A stretch of 64,000 nt of DNA, from the IMG/VR virus record IMGVR_UViG_3300031414_000001, positions 176,437 through 240,436 of that record; one strand, given 5' to 3'. The stretch comes from a virus (lineage: Duplodnaviria > Heunggongvirae > Uroviricota > Caudoviricetes). Shown one piece after another: positions 1 to 9,988 of the stretch; within the stretch, counting starts at the first letter, position 1; each line of letters starts with the position of its first letter. Below the pieces are notes generated by a model. It was given only the letters and a program-made list of their open reading frames with translations, was not told the origin of the DNA and ran no database searches. A program made the position numbers and the translations under genes.

Positions 1-1337
1 AAGACGATAGTTGGCAGTTCATAACCTGCTGCTGCGAAGTCTGCTTTCGCAGAGTTGTACGCCGTAGCGTTCCAACCACCCGCATTGCTTGGGTTGAACT
101 CCATATCAGACAGAACAATTAAGTTCTTAGGCATCTGATCTGCTGGTACTTGCTGAGCTTTCGCTACACGCAGTACTTCACGGAATGCCGCCTGAATGTT
201 GGTGCTACCACCCCAGAACTGACCAGCACGATAGCCCATCAGGTCACGGTACTTCTCAGCGATGTTAGAACCTTTCAGTTCGAACATGCGAGGTTGAGTA
301 CTGAAGTTCAGGAACAAGTCCTTGAACGCACCTTCTTGCTTATCGGCAATGTACAGACCGAGAGAGATCGCAACGTTCATACAAGTCATGCCTGTAGAAC
401 CAGCAGAACAGTTCATTGAAGAACTAGTATCTACCATTGGGATCGCTTTGTTGTCGCCCATGAAGTTACGCAACTGTTCCCATTGAGCAACGCCCAAAGT
501 CTCAGCGGCAGAACCATTACCCAAACGAGTTGTTACATCGTATGGATACAGAGCACCAGCATTTACCTTCACTTCGCCTTTTTCGATTGAAGCTAGGAAC
601 TCGCGGTAACGAGCTTCATCACGTTTCATGAACGCTGGCAGGTAACGAGCACTCGCAACTGATGGAAGCTTGCTATACTCGATTTCATCCCATTCGTTCG
701 CACACATCTTCTGTTCAACAGTGTTGCTCAGAGATGAAAGCAGCTTACGATACGCACGTTCGTTGATGTTCATGGTGGTCATGATCTCACGAGCGATTTT
801 GTTATTCGCAGCACGGTTTTTGTTGGCTTCGGTGTTCATATCAACAACGCCTTGAGCGTTCTTCTTGAACTTGTAGACGCGAGGCATCCACTTAGCACAC
901 AGTGCGTTACCAGAGGTCAACGCTTCTGAGATTGCCTGGTAAGCCAGGGTCTTAGCTGCTGCTGTTTTGAAGATCAACAGATCATCCCAACGACCGAAGT
1001 CTGCCAGTACTGGAATTACACGCAGTACTGCTTCAGGATGCTTAACTTCAAGGTACTTCAGAAGTTCGCGAGGGGTATTACGTTCACCCGCACCACCACG
1101 AATATCACGTGCCCAAAGGATCATCTGGAGAGCAAGCGTAGGGTTAGCTGCGTATGCTGCGTCAAATGAATTTTTGTACACACCGAGATCTTTGCCACGC
1201 AGAGAACCGATCATGAAGAACAGATCGACCAGTGGATTCAGCGTACTTTTCAGTGACGCCGCACCATTTGCGGTGGTAGAACGGTTTTGTGAAGCTGTAG
1301 TGTTTACGTTGTTTACTGCGTTTTTAAATGCTGACAT
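1..1337 (-). CDS. DUF2828 family (TROVE-like/vWA) protein, truncated at the window edge
   Basis: Missing from the ORF track because it runs off position 1. Manual translation from ATG 1337 (SD-like GAAGGAAAG upstream) gives MSAFKNAVNN...NPLVDLFFMIGS...LWARDIRGGAGERNTPRELL, the typical DUF2828 N-terminus. Confidence 0.75.
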   Translation of the reverse strand, partial: MSAFKNAVNNVNTTASQNRSTTANGAASLKSTLNPLVDLFFMIGSLRGKDLGVYKNSFDAAYAANPTLALQMILWARDIRGGAGERNTPRELLKYLEVKHPEAVLRVIPVLADFGRWDDLLIFKTAAAKTLAYQAISEALTSGNALCAKWMPRVYKFKKNAQGVVDMNTEANKNRAANNKIAREIMTTMNINERAYRKLLSSLSNTVEQKMCANEWDEIEYSKLPSVASARYLPAFMKRDEARYREFLASIEKGEVKVNAGALYPYDVTTRLGNGSAAETLGVAQWEQLRNFMGDNKAIPMVDTSSSMNCSAGSTGMTCMNVAISLGLYIADKQEGAFKDLFLNFSTQPRMFELKGSNIAEKYRDLMGYRAGQFWGGSTNIQAAFREVLRVAKAQQVPADQMPKNLIVLSDMEFNPSNAGGWNATAYNSAKADFAAAGYELPTIV

Positions 1338-1398
1338 TATACTTTCCTTCTCAGAAATGGTTTAAATTTAATTTGTTGACTCACTTCTCTAACTTGTG

Positions 1399-1689
1399 TT
1401 AGTCGTCATAGTCCGAATCAGGAGCACGTTCACCTGGTAACTCCAATGTATGGAACATACCAAATGCGGCTTCAACTGCTTTACCCGTTTTGCGATGATA
1501 AGCATACACTGAATCGGTACTATAATTTGATTCATCATGCATAACTTCATCAACCCAAACATGGCTTTCGGTCAAATGAACAACTTCGGCTTCATCACCT
1601 TGGGTGATAAAACCAGCACCATGAAAGAAACGATTAACTGTATCGCCTACTTTCAATGATGCCAAATACTCTTGCTTAGTCATAAGCAT
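1399..1689 (-). CDS. hypothetical protein
   Basis: 96-aa ORF with AAGAGG SD, just downstream of the promoter at 1706-1734. Confidence 0.7.
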   Translation of the reverse strand: MLMTKQEYLASLKVGDTVNRFFHGAGFITQGDEAEVVHLTESHVWVDEVMHDESNYSTDSVYAYHRKTGKAVEAAFGMFHTLELPGERAPDSDYDD

Positions 1690-1705
1690 CCTCTTAATGA
1701 TTTAC

Positions 1706-1734
1706 ATTATACCAGATTTCGCTGGGCTGTTTCA
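1706..1734 (-). promoter_or_regulatory. sigma70-like promoter TGAAAC-N17-TATAAT with extended -10 TG
   Basis: Minus strand reads TGAAAC agcccagcgaaatctgg TATAAT, upstream of ORF 1399-1689. Confidence 0.6.
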
Positions 1735-1780
1735 AATTTTTTCGCTTAAAAAGGCAACTTTTTCAGTTGCCTATAAAATC

Positions 1781-3046
1781 TTAGTCTTCTACTTTCAGAA
1801 GATATTTGTTGTTGATAACTTTGAAGTGGATAGTCTGACCATTCACTTTTACAGTACTTTTGTACACGTCACCTTCACAAATCGGAGCTACGATACTCGC
1901 ATGATCCGCTGAATCAAGTGCTTCTTTGATGGATTTGTATTCATCGAAGAAGTATACGATTTCACCCTGCGGAGCTACCGTCAGACCCAGGATACGAGTC
2001 AGTTCGATGAAATCCGCATCATCCAGGAAGTTCTGAGCATCAATATCCCATACACGGAATGCGTAGAACTGATGTTCTTCCAGTTGTTCGATGTTACCCT
2101 GGATACCTGGCCCCATACATTCGCCCTGAATAGCAAGCTGGCGGTTGTTATCGGTACAGTACTTACGAAGACGTTCAATAATGTCGTCTTTCAGTGCTGC
2201 TTTCCAGAATGCCGCACTTTCATCAAACTTCAGTGCGAGATTACGTGAACACACGATACCCTGACCTTCTTCCCACTGGAACGGGTAAGGAATGACTTCT
2301 GCGACTTCCAGCGTCTGAGTTTCCTCATTGAACACTTTCAGATCATCATCAATCTTCTCTACGAAGAAGTCGGGATTGCTTACGAAAGCAATAGTCTGAC
2401 TTGAACCTTCCAGTTTCAGAGATTTACGGAACGGTACACCAGCCATAGTCTGACTGTACTTACCGAACACGTTCTGAATACGGTCTTCATCAGTTTTCGG
2501 GATGAAGATTGGGAAGTTACCAGCAGTTTTTACACGACCAGCACCAGTACCGCCATTACGTTCATCAGGACGTTCGTACTTAGTCACATTGATGAATTGT
2601 TCCAGACCCTGACGGTTATCTTCCAGATCTGCCAGAATTTCAACAGAATTAGAAAGTACTTCGCTTGCTGACGGAGCCAGGAAGTAGCGAACATTCGGGT
2701 TCAGTTCGTAGAAGATTTCATAGAACGCCGAAATCGGCAGAGCAAGACCCTGTGAAATCTGACCACGCAGTTTGATGGTACGGAGGCGAATACGCTCTAC
2801 ACCATTTTCATCAGTTTTAGTACCTTTCCCAGCAAGGAAAGCGAAACGACCATCATTCGCCGGAAGGAATGAGTCAATTTCAAAGAACATGCAGTAGTCT
2901 CCTACAGCAAATTCACCTTTCTTAATAACCACGTTCCAGCCGTCGATGGTTGCTACTTCGATAGCATCAGCATTCGGGATTGGATTGATCGCATTGATTT
3001 TGCGAACAGTTACCAGACGACGACCTTCAGTTACGAGTTCAGCCAT
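1781..3046 (-). CDS. RNA ligase (DRB0094/Rnl2-like family) with N-terminal OB-fold
   Basis: RKINAINPIPNADAIEVATIDGW N-terminus; FPIFIPKTDEDRIQN; KLEGSS (motif I); QGECMGPGIQGN; EGDVYK; FKVINNKYLLK. Confidence 0.9.
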   Translation of the reverse strand: MAELVTEGRRLVTVRKINAINPIPNADAIEVATIDGWNVVIKKGEFAVGDYCMFFEIDSFLPANDGRFAFLAGKGTKTDENGVERIRLRTIKLRGQISQGLALPISAFYEIFYELNPNVRYFLAPSASEVLSNSVEILADLEDNRQGLEQFINVTKYERPDERNGGTGAGRVKTAGNFPIFIPKTDEDRIQNVFGKYSQTMAGVPFRKSLKLEGSSQTIAFVSNPDFFVEKIDDDLKVFNEETQTLEVAEVIPYPFQWEEGQGIVCSRNLALKFDESAAFWKAALKDDIIERLRKYCTDNNRQLAIQGECMGPGIQGNIEQLEEHQFYAFRVWDIDAQNFLDDADFIELTRILGLTVAPQGEIVYFFDEYKSIKEALDSADHASIVAPICEGDVYKSTVKVNGQTIHFKVINNKYLLKVED

Positions 3047-3075
3047 TTTTCTTTTCTCTCTTTGTTTGATTAAGT

Positions 3076-3110
3076 GTGAGCATTATAGCTAATGCTCACG
3101 CCCCTGTCAA
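3076..3110 (-). promoter_or_regulatory. consensus sigma70 promoter TTGACA-N17-TATAAT with a 10-bp inverted repeat over the -10 box
   Basis: TTGACA ggggcgtgagcattagc TATAAT; the repeat GTGAGCATTA-tagc-TAATGCTCAC spans 3076-3099. Confidence 0.85.
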
Positions 3111-3685
3111 GCATTCGGAAGACAAAAATCAGAATAATTTTGATCTTTGTCAGACGGTGCGTATAACCTGTTTTTAACATTAGTGAACAAATGTTCTACC
3201 AGAAACGGGCAGCCTTGATGATTACGATAGTTGTTCACAATTTCGTAAACATGCTTAGTAAAGCAAACATCAGCGTACAGAATATTTTTCAGTTCTGTAC
3301 CTTCAGGCCAATAAGCATCATAGTACTTGTCTTCGTACTTGATAGCACAATGACAGAAAATATCTGGCAGAGTATATCCCGTCCATTCTGAACGTTCATC
3401 AGTCTGCCACAACCCAACAATTTCAACTTCAGTGTTATGAACATCCATCATATATGATTGTACAAATAACGCAGTAGGTAAGCAAATACCAGTACCTAAT
3501 TGATTGCGTCCAGAGACAACACTCATATCGAATAATACACGATTGAGGTTACGACTACGCAGCAAATGTGGGTAATTAGTTTCCAACCAACCACGATGGA
3601 TAGCATCATGTGCTGGTTTGAATGCTTTCATGTGTTCGGCGATTACGGTGTTATAAGCTGTACCAATACTTTCTGAAATGTTCAT
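3107..3685 (-). CDS. hypothetical protein
   Basis: 192-aa ORF in the minus-strand gene run, with SD. Confidence 0.65.
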   Translation of the reverse strand: MNISESIGTAYNTVIAEHMKAFKPAHDAIHRGWLETNYPHLLRSRNLNRVLFDMSVVSGRNQLGTGICLPTALFVQSYMMDVHNTEVEIVGLWQTDERSEWTGYTLPDIFCHCAIKYEDKYYDAYWPEGTELKNILYADVCFTKHVYEIVNNYRNHQGCPFLVEHLFTNVKNRLYAPSDKDQNYSDFCLPNA

Positions 3686-3693
3686 ACAGTACC

Positions 3694-4014
3694 TTAGTAT
3701 TTTGTTGGTAAATCTTCAAGTTTAACATCTAACCCATATTGTTCATTGAATTGATCAATGTTACGGAAAATGCGAGAAGCAATTTCCTTATTACGGATAC
3801 GTGAACGATGATTACGGGAAGTAATCTCAAGTGGTACATTAACCATTTTGCTGAATTCATTACGGCGATAAGCACGTTCTGGTACTTCAACTTTAATGTA
3901 ATTACTTGATTTCATATACTGGAAGCAAGGATCTCGATGAAGAAGATAAAGAAGTTTATTCTTCGTCCAAAATGTCATCTTCGCCTTGTTGCGATTGATC
4001 AGTTTTCTTTTCAT
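3694..4014 (-). CDS. hypothetical basic protein
   Basis: 106-aa ORF abutting its neighbours. Confidence 0.6.
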   Translation of the reverse strand: MKRKLINRNKAKMTFWTKNKLLYLLHRDPCFQYMKSSNYIKVEVPERAYRRNEFSKMVNVPLEITSRNHRSRIRNKEIASRIFRNIDQFNEQYGLDVKLEDLPTKY

Positions 4015-4147
4015 GTTCTTTTAGCTTCTTACGTAAAGTTGAACTACTGGAGAATCCAGGCTGCCGCCTGAATTCTTCTTTGCGTTCCTCATATTCCTTA
4101 TCAAAGGATTTGAGGATTTTCTTTGCGTGTTTTTTGAAATCACTCAT
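3956..4147 (-). CDS. hypothetical small charged protein
   Basis: 63-aa ORF whose ATG overlaps the upstream stop (ATGA coupling). Confidence 0.5.
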   Translation of the reverse strand: MSDFKKHAKKILKSFDKEYEERKEEFRRQPGFSSSSTLRKKLKEHEKKTDQSQQGEDDILDEE

Positions 4148-4479
4148 GGAGCAATGCCAACATCGTACATGTCTTCATAAACAGTACCGTCTTCATCGGT
4201 AACAAGGTTTTCAACCCATTCTTTGTACTTCTGAGTTGGTTCACCAGTTACAAAACGCAGTTCTGTATGACCATTATCCCATGATGCTAAAGATACAATA
4301 ACTGGAGTATCATTCAGAATACGGGCGGCTTGGTCAAGAACCCAATTTTTATGATGGGAACCATCAATACCACCATACATACCAATGAAGATAAGAGCCA
4401 TTACATCTGATGGAGCACCAAAGAATGGATTCAGTACTGGATCATTGGTTACATCTACTTCGCCTAAATATCCTTTCAT
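4144..4479 (-). CDS. conserved phage hypothetical protein
   Basis: 111 aa containing YGGIDGSHHKNWVLDQAARIL and a YDVGIAP C-terminus. Confidence 0.65.
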   Translation of the reverse strand: MKGYLGEVDVTNDPVLNPFFGAPSDVMALIFIGMYGGIDGSHHKNWVLDQAARILNDTPVIVSLASWDNGHTELRFVTGEPTQKYKEWVENLVTDEDGTVYEDMYDVGIAP

Positions 4480-4480
4480 T

Positions 4481-5011
4481 TTATTTTCCGTGCAAGGGTT
4501 TGTTACTTTGGAAATAATAAGTTTTCTCTGATGTTTCTAGAGTGAAACTTTTCTGGCACAATGTTTCTGCCAGTTTAAATGCCAATGCTTTCGCTTCGTC
4601 TAAAAGCTCGTCATTCGATTTAGGAAATCGTGGATAACATATAACACGAGCAGTAATACCAGATTCTTTACCACCAGTATAGACATAATCACACGGAGTA
4701 ATTTGATAACAGGCTCCCTGTTCGAAAGTGAATTCACGAGCCGTTTGAATCGCCGTATCATAATCACCTGCCATATGGATAGTCACGTATGACGTATCGC
4801 ATGAATTTACTTCTTTGTAGAATTCGTGTTCTACTTTTTGTTTTAAGGACAAACGCTGATACATAACATTGAACCAAGAAGAAAGTTCATCGAGTTCCAT
4901 TTCTGTTAAAGTACTTTGAGCTTCAATCAGAAGTGGAGAACTACGACGATACCATTCTTCTAAGGTATAACAATCTTGATACAGCTTTTCAAAATCAGAA
5001 CGAGTTACCAT
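4481..5011 (-). CDS. hypothetical protein
   Basis: 176-aa ORF coupled to its neighbours. Confidence 0.65.
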   Translation of the reverse strand: MVTRSDFEKLYQDCYTLEEWYRRSSPLLIEAQSTLTEMELDELSSWFNVMYQRLSLKQKVEHEFYKEVNSCDTSYVTIHMAGDYDTAIQTAREFTFEQGACYQITPCDYVYTGGKESGITARVICYPRFPKSNDELLDEAKALAFKLAETLCQKSFTLETSEKTYYFQSNKPLHGK

Positions 5012-5607
5012 TAATAAACCTTTATTTTAGGTGTTAAGTGTAGTACTGGTTCAGCCAAACGTTCTTCTAAGTCAACGACTCGTAAGAAGGTATATGGGCT
5101 GATAGTGTAGTGGTCACTGTCAAAGCAAATATGCCTATTGTGAACTGAACGGTACAAACGACCATATGCGTAGTACTTGTTCGAAATCCACAATTCATCG
5201 CCATTAGCGAAATCTAATGTACAATGACCAATTTTAGCGTCCAGATCACCTGCTTCATACGCAAGGATTAGACGGAGAATATAACGGTCAGCACGATCAA
5301 GAATCTTACGATCCTTATGCTTTTCCTGATATTCTTTCCAGGCAATAGGGTACTGACGTTTCAGATGTTCAAAGTGCTGTTCAGAAGTCATAACAACTTC
5401 TGGAATAGTCTCTGTCACCAATTCACCAGGAACAACACTACCTTCAGGTGAACGTAAACGTGCCAATTCACGTTGTGCTTCTTCAATCTTTTTGAGAGAT
5501 TTAGAGCTACGTGAATGTGAAATTTGAGTATTCAACATCCAACCGAGAACACCCACAATAATGTGAGAAGAAGCAATTCCAATTATACCGATAGTTGAAA
5601 TAATCAT
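5011..5607 (-). CDS. hypothetical membrane-anchored protein
   Basis: N-terminal hydrophobic segment followed by a coiled stretch. Confidence 0.65.
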   Translation of the reverse strand: MIISTIGIIGIASSHIIVGVLGWMLNTQISHSRSSKSLKKIEEAQRELARLRSPEGSVVPGELVTETIPEVVMTSEQHFEHLKRQYPIAWKEYQEKHKDRKILDRADRYILRLILAYEAGDLDAKIGHCTLDFANGDELWISNKYYAYGRLYRSVHNRHICFDSDHYTISPYTFLRVVDLEERLAEPVLHLTPKIKVY

Positions 5608-6113
5608 GATAAATGTACTTCCTCGTTTTTACGTTTACGTTTGAAGAAACCATGCTTAGCTGGTTTATCGCGTTCTTCCATAAGTACTGAACGTAATTCC
5701 ATGAGTTTAACCCATGCTTCAGTACTGATAGCTTTACGATCATTACGAATCATACCGAAGTTCTGATGGTAATGAGCTACGTGTAATGGTTCATCTGCCA
5801 TCCAACCAAAGCAATAATGATCGGGTTGGTCAACCTGAACATAGATACGTTGTGCATCGTACTGAACACCACTGCTACCATGTTGGAGTACTTTAGTGAA
5901 TAACAGATTGTCGTTGTACTTGCTCAGTTGAACAGTGAATTCACCATTATCATAACGTTCAAGTACACGTAAAAGTCGCTCACTTTCAGCCTTATCTTTT
6001 AAACCGTGAAGTTGATAACGTTGAGCACGAATACCAAACCATCCAGCTAAGGATGCTTGACATATGAACCAACCAGCACTAATGCCAGTCATTATTGAAA
6101 ATCCGATCCACAT
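5604..6113 (-). CDS. hypothetical membrane-anchored protein
   Basis: N-terminal hydrophobic segment; GGAG SD; downstream of the promoter at 6144-6172. Confidence 0.65.
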   Translation of the reverse strand: MWIGFSIMTGISAGWFICQASLAGWFGIRAQRYQLHGLKDKAESERLLRVLERYDNGEFTVQLSKYNDNLLFTKVLQHGSSGVQYDAQRIYVQVDQPDHYCFGWMADEPLHVAHYHQNFGMIRNDRKAISTEAWVKLMELRSVLMEERDKPAKHGFFKRKRKNEEVHLS

Positions 6114-6138
6114 TTTTGTCTCTCCATTAATAAGATAA

Positions 6139-6172
6139 GGCTGATTCTATCAGCCCTCGTCGGTCGTGTCAA
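6139..6172 (-). promoter_or_regulatory. sigma70 promoter TTGACA-N17-TAGAAT with inverted repeat over the -10 box
   Basis: TTGACA cgaccgacgagggctga TAGAAT; GGCTGA-ttcta-TCAGCC at 6139-6155. Confidence 0.75.
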
Positions 6173-6737
6173 ATTTATTTTGCTGGAACTGTCGATAACA
6201 ATGACGGCACATGCTTTGATACACATCGTTACCACCTATTAACACCTGTTCAGTACTTTCAACTAAACGAGCATTGAAGATAGCCTTTTTACCACAAGCA
6301 CAAATATTTTTCAATTCTTCGATACTATCAGCAATTTCAAATAGTCTCTTAGAACCACTAAACAGCTTCGATTCGAAGTCAGTTCTTATTCCGTAACACA
6401 GTACTGGAACGTTTAGAGTATCTACTATTTCGCCTAGAATGTCAACCTGTTCTTCTGACAAAAATTGACATTCATCAACAAATACTGCTTTTATTCCTAA
6501 AGTTACAATATCCTCAAGAGACTTCCTGAGTACTGTTAAATCATCTTTAGGTATAATAATTGCGTCAGCTTCGATACCAATTCTGGAAGTTACTTTACCA
6601 GTACCGTAACGGTCATCTAATGCTGATGTGAATATTAATACTTCGTAACCACGTTCCCTGTAGTTGTACGCAGCTTGAAGTAGATTAGTACTCTTTCCTG
6701 CGTTCATGGAACTAAATCTGTAATACAATTTAGCCAT
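6150..6737 (-). CDS. tdk: thymidine kinase
   Basis: MAKLYYRFSSMNAGKSTNLLQ (P-loop), VFVDECQFL, YGIRTDF, Zn-binding CACG...CRHC. Likely start at 6737. Confidence 0.97.
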   Translation of the reverse strand: MAKLYYRFSSMNAGKSTNLLQAAYNYRERGYEVLIFTSALDDRYGTGKVTSRIGIEADAIIIPKDDLTVLRKSLEDIVTLGIKAVFVDECQFLSEEQVDILGEIVDTLNVPVLCYGIRTDFESKLFSGSKRLFEIADSIEELKNICACGKKAIFNARLVESTEQVLIGGNDVYQSMCRHCYRQFQQNKFDTTDEG

Positions 6738-6748
6738 CGTAAATCCTT

Positions 6749-7039
6749 TTACTTTAATTGAATACACGTAGTTTTGACTGTACCACCAGTATTAACAAGT
6801 TTAATCTTGCCTTTCTTGATCAGTCGTTTTAAATCTGGATCATTCTTTGTCTGTAAACAGTACTTCCTATTCACAGCAAAACTAAATCCAGCATTCAGTA
6901 CTTCTAGAATTAAAGCCCTACGTTCTTTGCCATAACTCATTTCACGAAGTTGCCAGTACTTTCTCAGTAATGGGGTTGGGTTTTGATTATTATCACGCAG
7001 CAACCCATCTGGCGTACTAATTTGTGCTCTTAATGCCAT
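6749..7039 (-). CDS. hypothetical basic protein
   Basis: 96-aa ORF coupled to the upstream stop. Confidence 0.6.
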   Translation of the reverse strand: MALRAQISTPDGLLRDNNQNPTPLLRKYWQLREMSYGKERRALILEVLNAGFSFAVNRKYCLQTKNDPDLKRLIKKGKIKLVNTGGTVKTTCIQLK

Positions 7040-7344
7040 TATAAATCCAACGATACAAATTCATCAATATGTTCAATAACATATTCTTTTAATTCAGAAT
7101 CAGAAAATTGGCCTTTTATTGGACACAAAACATAACCAATTTCATGCAGAGAGATTTCTCCAGAATCCACTTCTTGATAAATCATTATGAAACTTTCATT
7201 TGGATAATATGGATCAGGAATATAACAGTCATCAATATCTTTATCAAGATATTCAAAATAAGCTTGTTTACTTTGAAGAAAATCAATCAGAGGAATTTCC
7301 ACTTCAACAATCTGTACTTTATTGATCTTCACCATCTTCGTCAT
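7039..7344 (-). CDS. hypothetical acidic protein
   Basis: ORF-track 7039-7434; start trimmed to MTKMVK to avoid a long overlap with the upstream gene. Confidence 0.55.
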   Translation of the reverse strand: MTKMVKINKVQIVEVEIPLIDFLQSKQAYFEYLDKDIDDCYIPDPYYPNESFIMIYQEVDSGEISLHEIGYVLCPIKGQFSDSELKEYVIEHIDEFVSLDL

Positions 7345-7768
7345 TTTCATCTCCCAAATCTTTACATTCATACTCGTCAATACGACGATCAAATTTACCT
7401 TTGTTCCAACGAGCGATTTCACCAGGGAGTTCATATGGACATTCGAAATTATCTAAATCATCTTCGAATCCGTCTTTATATTCATCACTTTCATAATATT
7501 CATAGTAGTGTTCTGGATTATAACCACTAAGAGAATATCCGAGCAAACTAATCAACCAATCAACTTTTTCTTGGTCATCAGTCACTACAGTACAACATTC
7601 ACGCCAGTTGAAATCATCTAAATTTACTTCTGAATGTTTACCAAATGCTTCACCAAAATGAATATTAGCATTATCCAAAAGATCTAGTTCTTCTTCAGTA
7701 CTGATAAACAGTCCTTCTAAAGAATAACCACGTCCGAAATCAACATAGAATCGAAATAATTTATTCAT
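7319..7768 (-). CDS. hypothetical acidic protein
   Basis: 149 aa, FYVDFGRGYSLEGLFIS...LGYSLSGYNP. Confidence 0.65.
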   Translation of the reverse strand: MNKLFRFYVDFGRGYSLEGLFISTEEELDLLDNANIHFGEAFGKHSEVNLDDFNWRECCTVVTDDQEKVDWLISLLGYSLSGYNPEHYYEYYESDEYKDGFEDDLDNFECPYELPGEIARWNKGKFDRRIDEYECKDLGDENDEDGEDQ

Positions 7769-8459
7769 GTTTTTTAACCAAATAATGTGCGAGGCGTAAC
7801 TCGCGGTCTATAGTATCTAACTTGAACTGGATATACCTTGGGTCATCCAGTAATGTAACAGTACCAGTAAAGGTCTGTTTCTTTAAGATTCCCCAATGGA
7901 AATCTTCACTATGCACAATTACAGAATCCCCAAGTACTGCTACAGTACCATCAGGGTATGTTGCTTCCTGTACACCATAATATGACTGAACATCTTCAAT
8001 ATCATAGTAATCTTCAAAATTCTCAGAATATGCTTGATGTTCTTCTAAATCTTTCAGTACTTCATCCAGGTTAACATTCTTAGGAAATAACACATATTCT
8101 GGATATAATTCAAAGGAAGACGGTGTATTTTTAATTTTCAGTTCATATTCAACTGCTTCTTGATATGAGTTGATTAGTTCAGGGTACAAATAGAAAGTAC
8201 CGTGCTGATCAGATTCAACAGATACAGCAACCAATGTACGCAGTTTAGGTTCAGTTTGATATTCTAAGCAGAATTTGTATGCTGCTTCAACTGAATCAAA
8301 CCATCCACCATCAATACAATCTTCGTTTTCCCATTCTAAAATATCAACACCAACGGATGGTAAGTTGTCATCATATACAATGAATAAACATTTTTGTTCT
8401 TGTTCAATATCCTCAATGAGAGAATATAAATCATCAACAGTCATTGCTGTTCTCCACAT
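7761..8459 (-). CDS. hypothetical acidic protein
   Basis: 232-aa ORF; true start probably MTVDDL. Confidence 0.6.
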   Translation of the reverse strand: MWRTAMTVDDLYSLIEDIEQEQKCLFIVYDDNLPSVGVDILEWENEDCIDGGWFDSVEAAYKFCLEYQTEPKLRTLVAVSVESDQHGTFYLYPELINSYQEAVEYELKIKNTPSSFELYPEYVLFPKNVNLDEVLKDLEEHQAYSENFEDYYDIEDVQSYYGVQEATYPDGTVAVLGDSVIVHSEDFHWGILKKQTFTGTVTLLDDPRYIQFKLDTIDRELRLAHYLVKKHE

Positions 8460-8485
8460 AAAAGAAAAGGAGGCAACGCCTCCTT
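8460..8485 (-). terminator. intrinsic terminator
   Basis: AAGGAGGC-aac-GCCTCCTT hairpin followed by a U-tract on the minus strand. Confidence 0.8.
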
Positions 8486-8486
8486 A

Positions 8487-9101
8487 TTAATCTTCCTCTT
8501 GTTCTTCATCGTCAAATGTGTAATCGTCGTCGGATTCATCATATTCTTCATAATCATCATCCTCCCAACGATACGCATCGTAACGTTCATCTTCCGAAGA
8601 AGTGAGTTCAACTTGAACCCCATGTTGCCTCAAATACGAAATGAAACTACCAGGATGGTTTTCATCCAAAGCACGTTCAAAGAACACATAATATGCTTCC
8701 TCAAACTCTTTCTCTGAATAATAATCATATTCCCAATAAGTATTCCAATCCGTGTCTTTAGGCCAAGTTGCCCAGGTTGGATGAACTTTACGATCCAGAA
8801 GTCCACGATCAATAATCGCAGTCTTATAGCGTTGTTCAAGTTCCTCGTTTACAGGACGAGGTTTCCATTCTGGACGTGGAATACCACAGCCGATACTCTC
8901 TAAGCGATTAAGAATTTCATTACAAAATTCATAATAGTTCGCTTCTTCCACATCATAACAATGTGCTGAAGTTCCTGAATGGTACTCTCCGAAATTCCGA
9001 TGTGAATCAGAATGTACTGAAAGAATATCATTACTATAAGAACCGCACATTTCACAATCGGAATAGCTATCATGAACATTGATGGTTAACTCTACTGACA
9101 T
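8487..9101 (-). CDS. hypothetical protein with N-terminal CxxC and very acidic tail
   Basis: DCEMCGSY near the N-terminus; D/E/Y-rich C-terminus. Confidence 0.65.
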   Translation of the reverse strand: MSVELTINVHDSYSDCEMCGSYSNDILSVHSDSHRNFGEYHSGTSAHCYDVEEANYYEFCNEILNRLESIGCGIPRPEWKPRPVNEELEQRYKTAIIDRGLLDRKVHPTWATWPKDTDWNTYWEYDYYSEKEFEEAYYVFFERALDENHPGSFISYLRQHGVQVELTSSEDERYDAYRWEDDDYEEYDESDDDYTFDDEEQEED

Positions 9102-9114
9102 ATTTTATCTCCAT

Positions 9115-9142
9115 AAAAGAAAAGGACACATAATTGTGTCCT
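9115..9142 (-). terminator. intrinsic terminator
   Basis: AGGACACA-taat-TGTGTCCT plus U-tract. Confidence 0.8.
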
Positions 9143-9148
9143 CATTGA

Positions 9149-9598
9149 TTATTGTAGTACTTTAAGTTTATATAAGATGCTCTCAACAAAACTCATTATA
9201 TCTTCGAGTGTGTTTACAGAGCCAAATTCGCCAAGTCCATCCAAAATTTCATGTATCTTAATACAGTGCTGTACGTATTCTTCCAGTAGAGGAATTGCTT
9301 CTTCTAAAGGTTGAAAAACATAAGTACTGCCAGTACTGAAAATTGGGCCACGTTCAGCCATCATACCTTCTATGAAAGTATCCACATATTCTGGCAACCC
9401 TTTATAGAATTCATCCAGTTCAATGTGTTTAGAATAGAACTTGCACTGTAAGTGCCAGTGGTGTGCTTGGGATTCAAGAAATAGACTATTCTCTACGAAT
9501 TTAATCAGAATATCATCGTGAGTGTCGTCAGAAGTTTCTACGTAATCAATCATACTGCGTATGTCGTTAGGATCAAAATGTTCGCTCATAGGTATCAT
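9149..9598 (-). CDS. ferritin/Dps-like four-helix protein (DUF5856-like)
   Basis: QAHHWHL...HIELDEFY...DTFIEG pattern resembles the Dps ferroxidase centre (H-x-x-H, H-x3-DE-x-Y, D-x3-E). Confidence 0.6.
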   Translation of the reverse strand: MIPMSEHFDPNDIRSMIDYVETSDDTHDDILIKFVENSLFLESQAHHWHLQCKFYSKHIELDEFYKGLPEYVDTFIEGMMAERGPIFSTGSTYVFQPLEEAIPLLEEYVQHCIKIHEILDGLGEFGSVNTLEDIMSFVESILYKLKVLQ

Positions 9599-9622
9599 CC
9601 CTTCAGGTTATTGATACTGTAT

Positions 9623-9988
9623 TTAGCAGTGAAAAATAAACTTAGGGTTGTAGTAGTCACAAACTTTTTTGACTTTCTCATATTCCATTGCTCCAAAAAC
9701 AAAAAGAAATTCACACGGAACCTCAGACAAATACATGGTATTAGTACTGATGAAGTGTAAATTATCTGTCTTGTGAACAGGGAAATGAGGATCAAAATTT
9801 AAACAGATAACGCAATTATCTTCAAGAGCAATTTCTTTCATTGCTTCATAGATTCCTAATGCTTTGTCATCATTTAAACTTGGTAGGTATATTCGATTCT
9901 GTCTTGTTAGATAAGAACCGTACTCAATTAAAATTAGAAAATATCTCAACATAATACTGTTGAAATATTCATTGTCTGCTAGTTCCAT
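9623..9988 (-). CDS. hypothetical protein
   Basis: 121-aa ORF with AGGAG-like SD. Confidence 0.6.
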   Translation of the reverse strand: MELADNEYFNSIMLRYFLILIEYGSYLTRQNRIYLPSLNDDKALGIYEAMKEIALEDNCVICLNFDPHFPVHKTDNLHFISTNTMYLSEVPCEFLFVFGAMEYEKVKKVCDYYNPKFIFHC

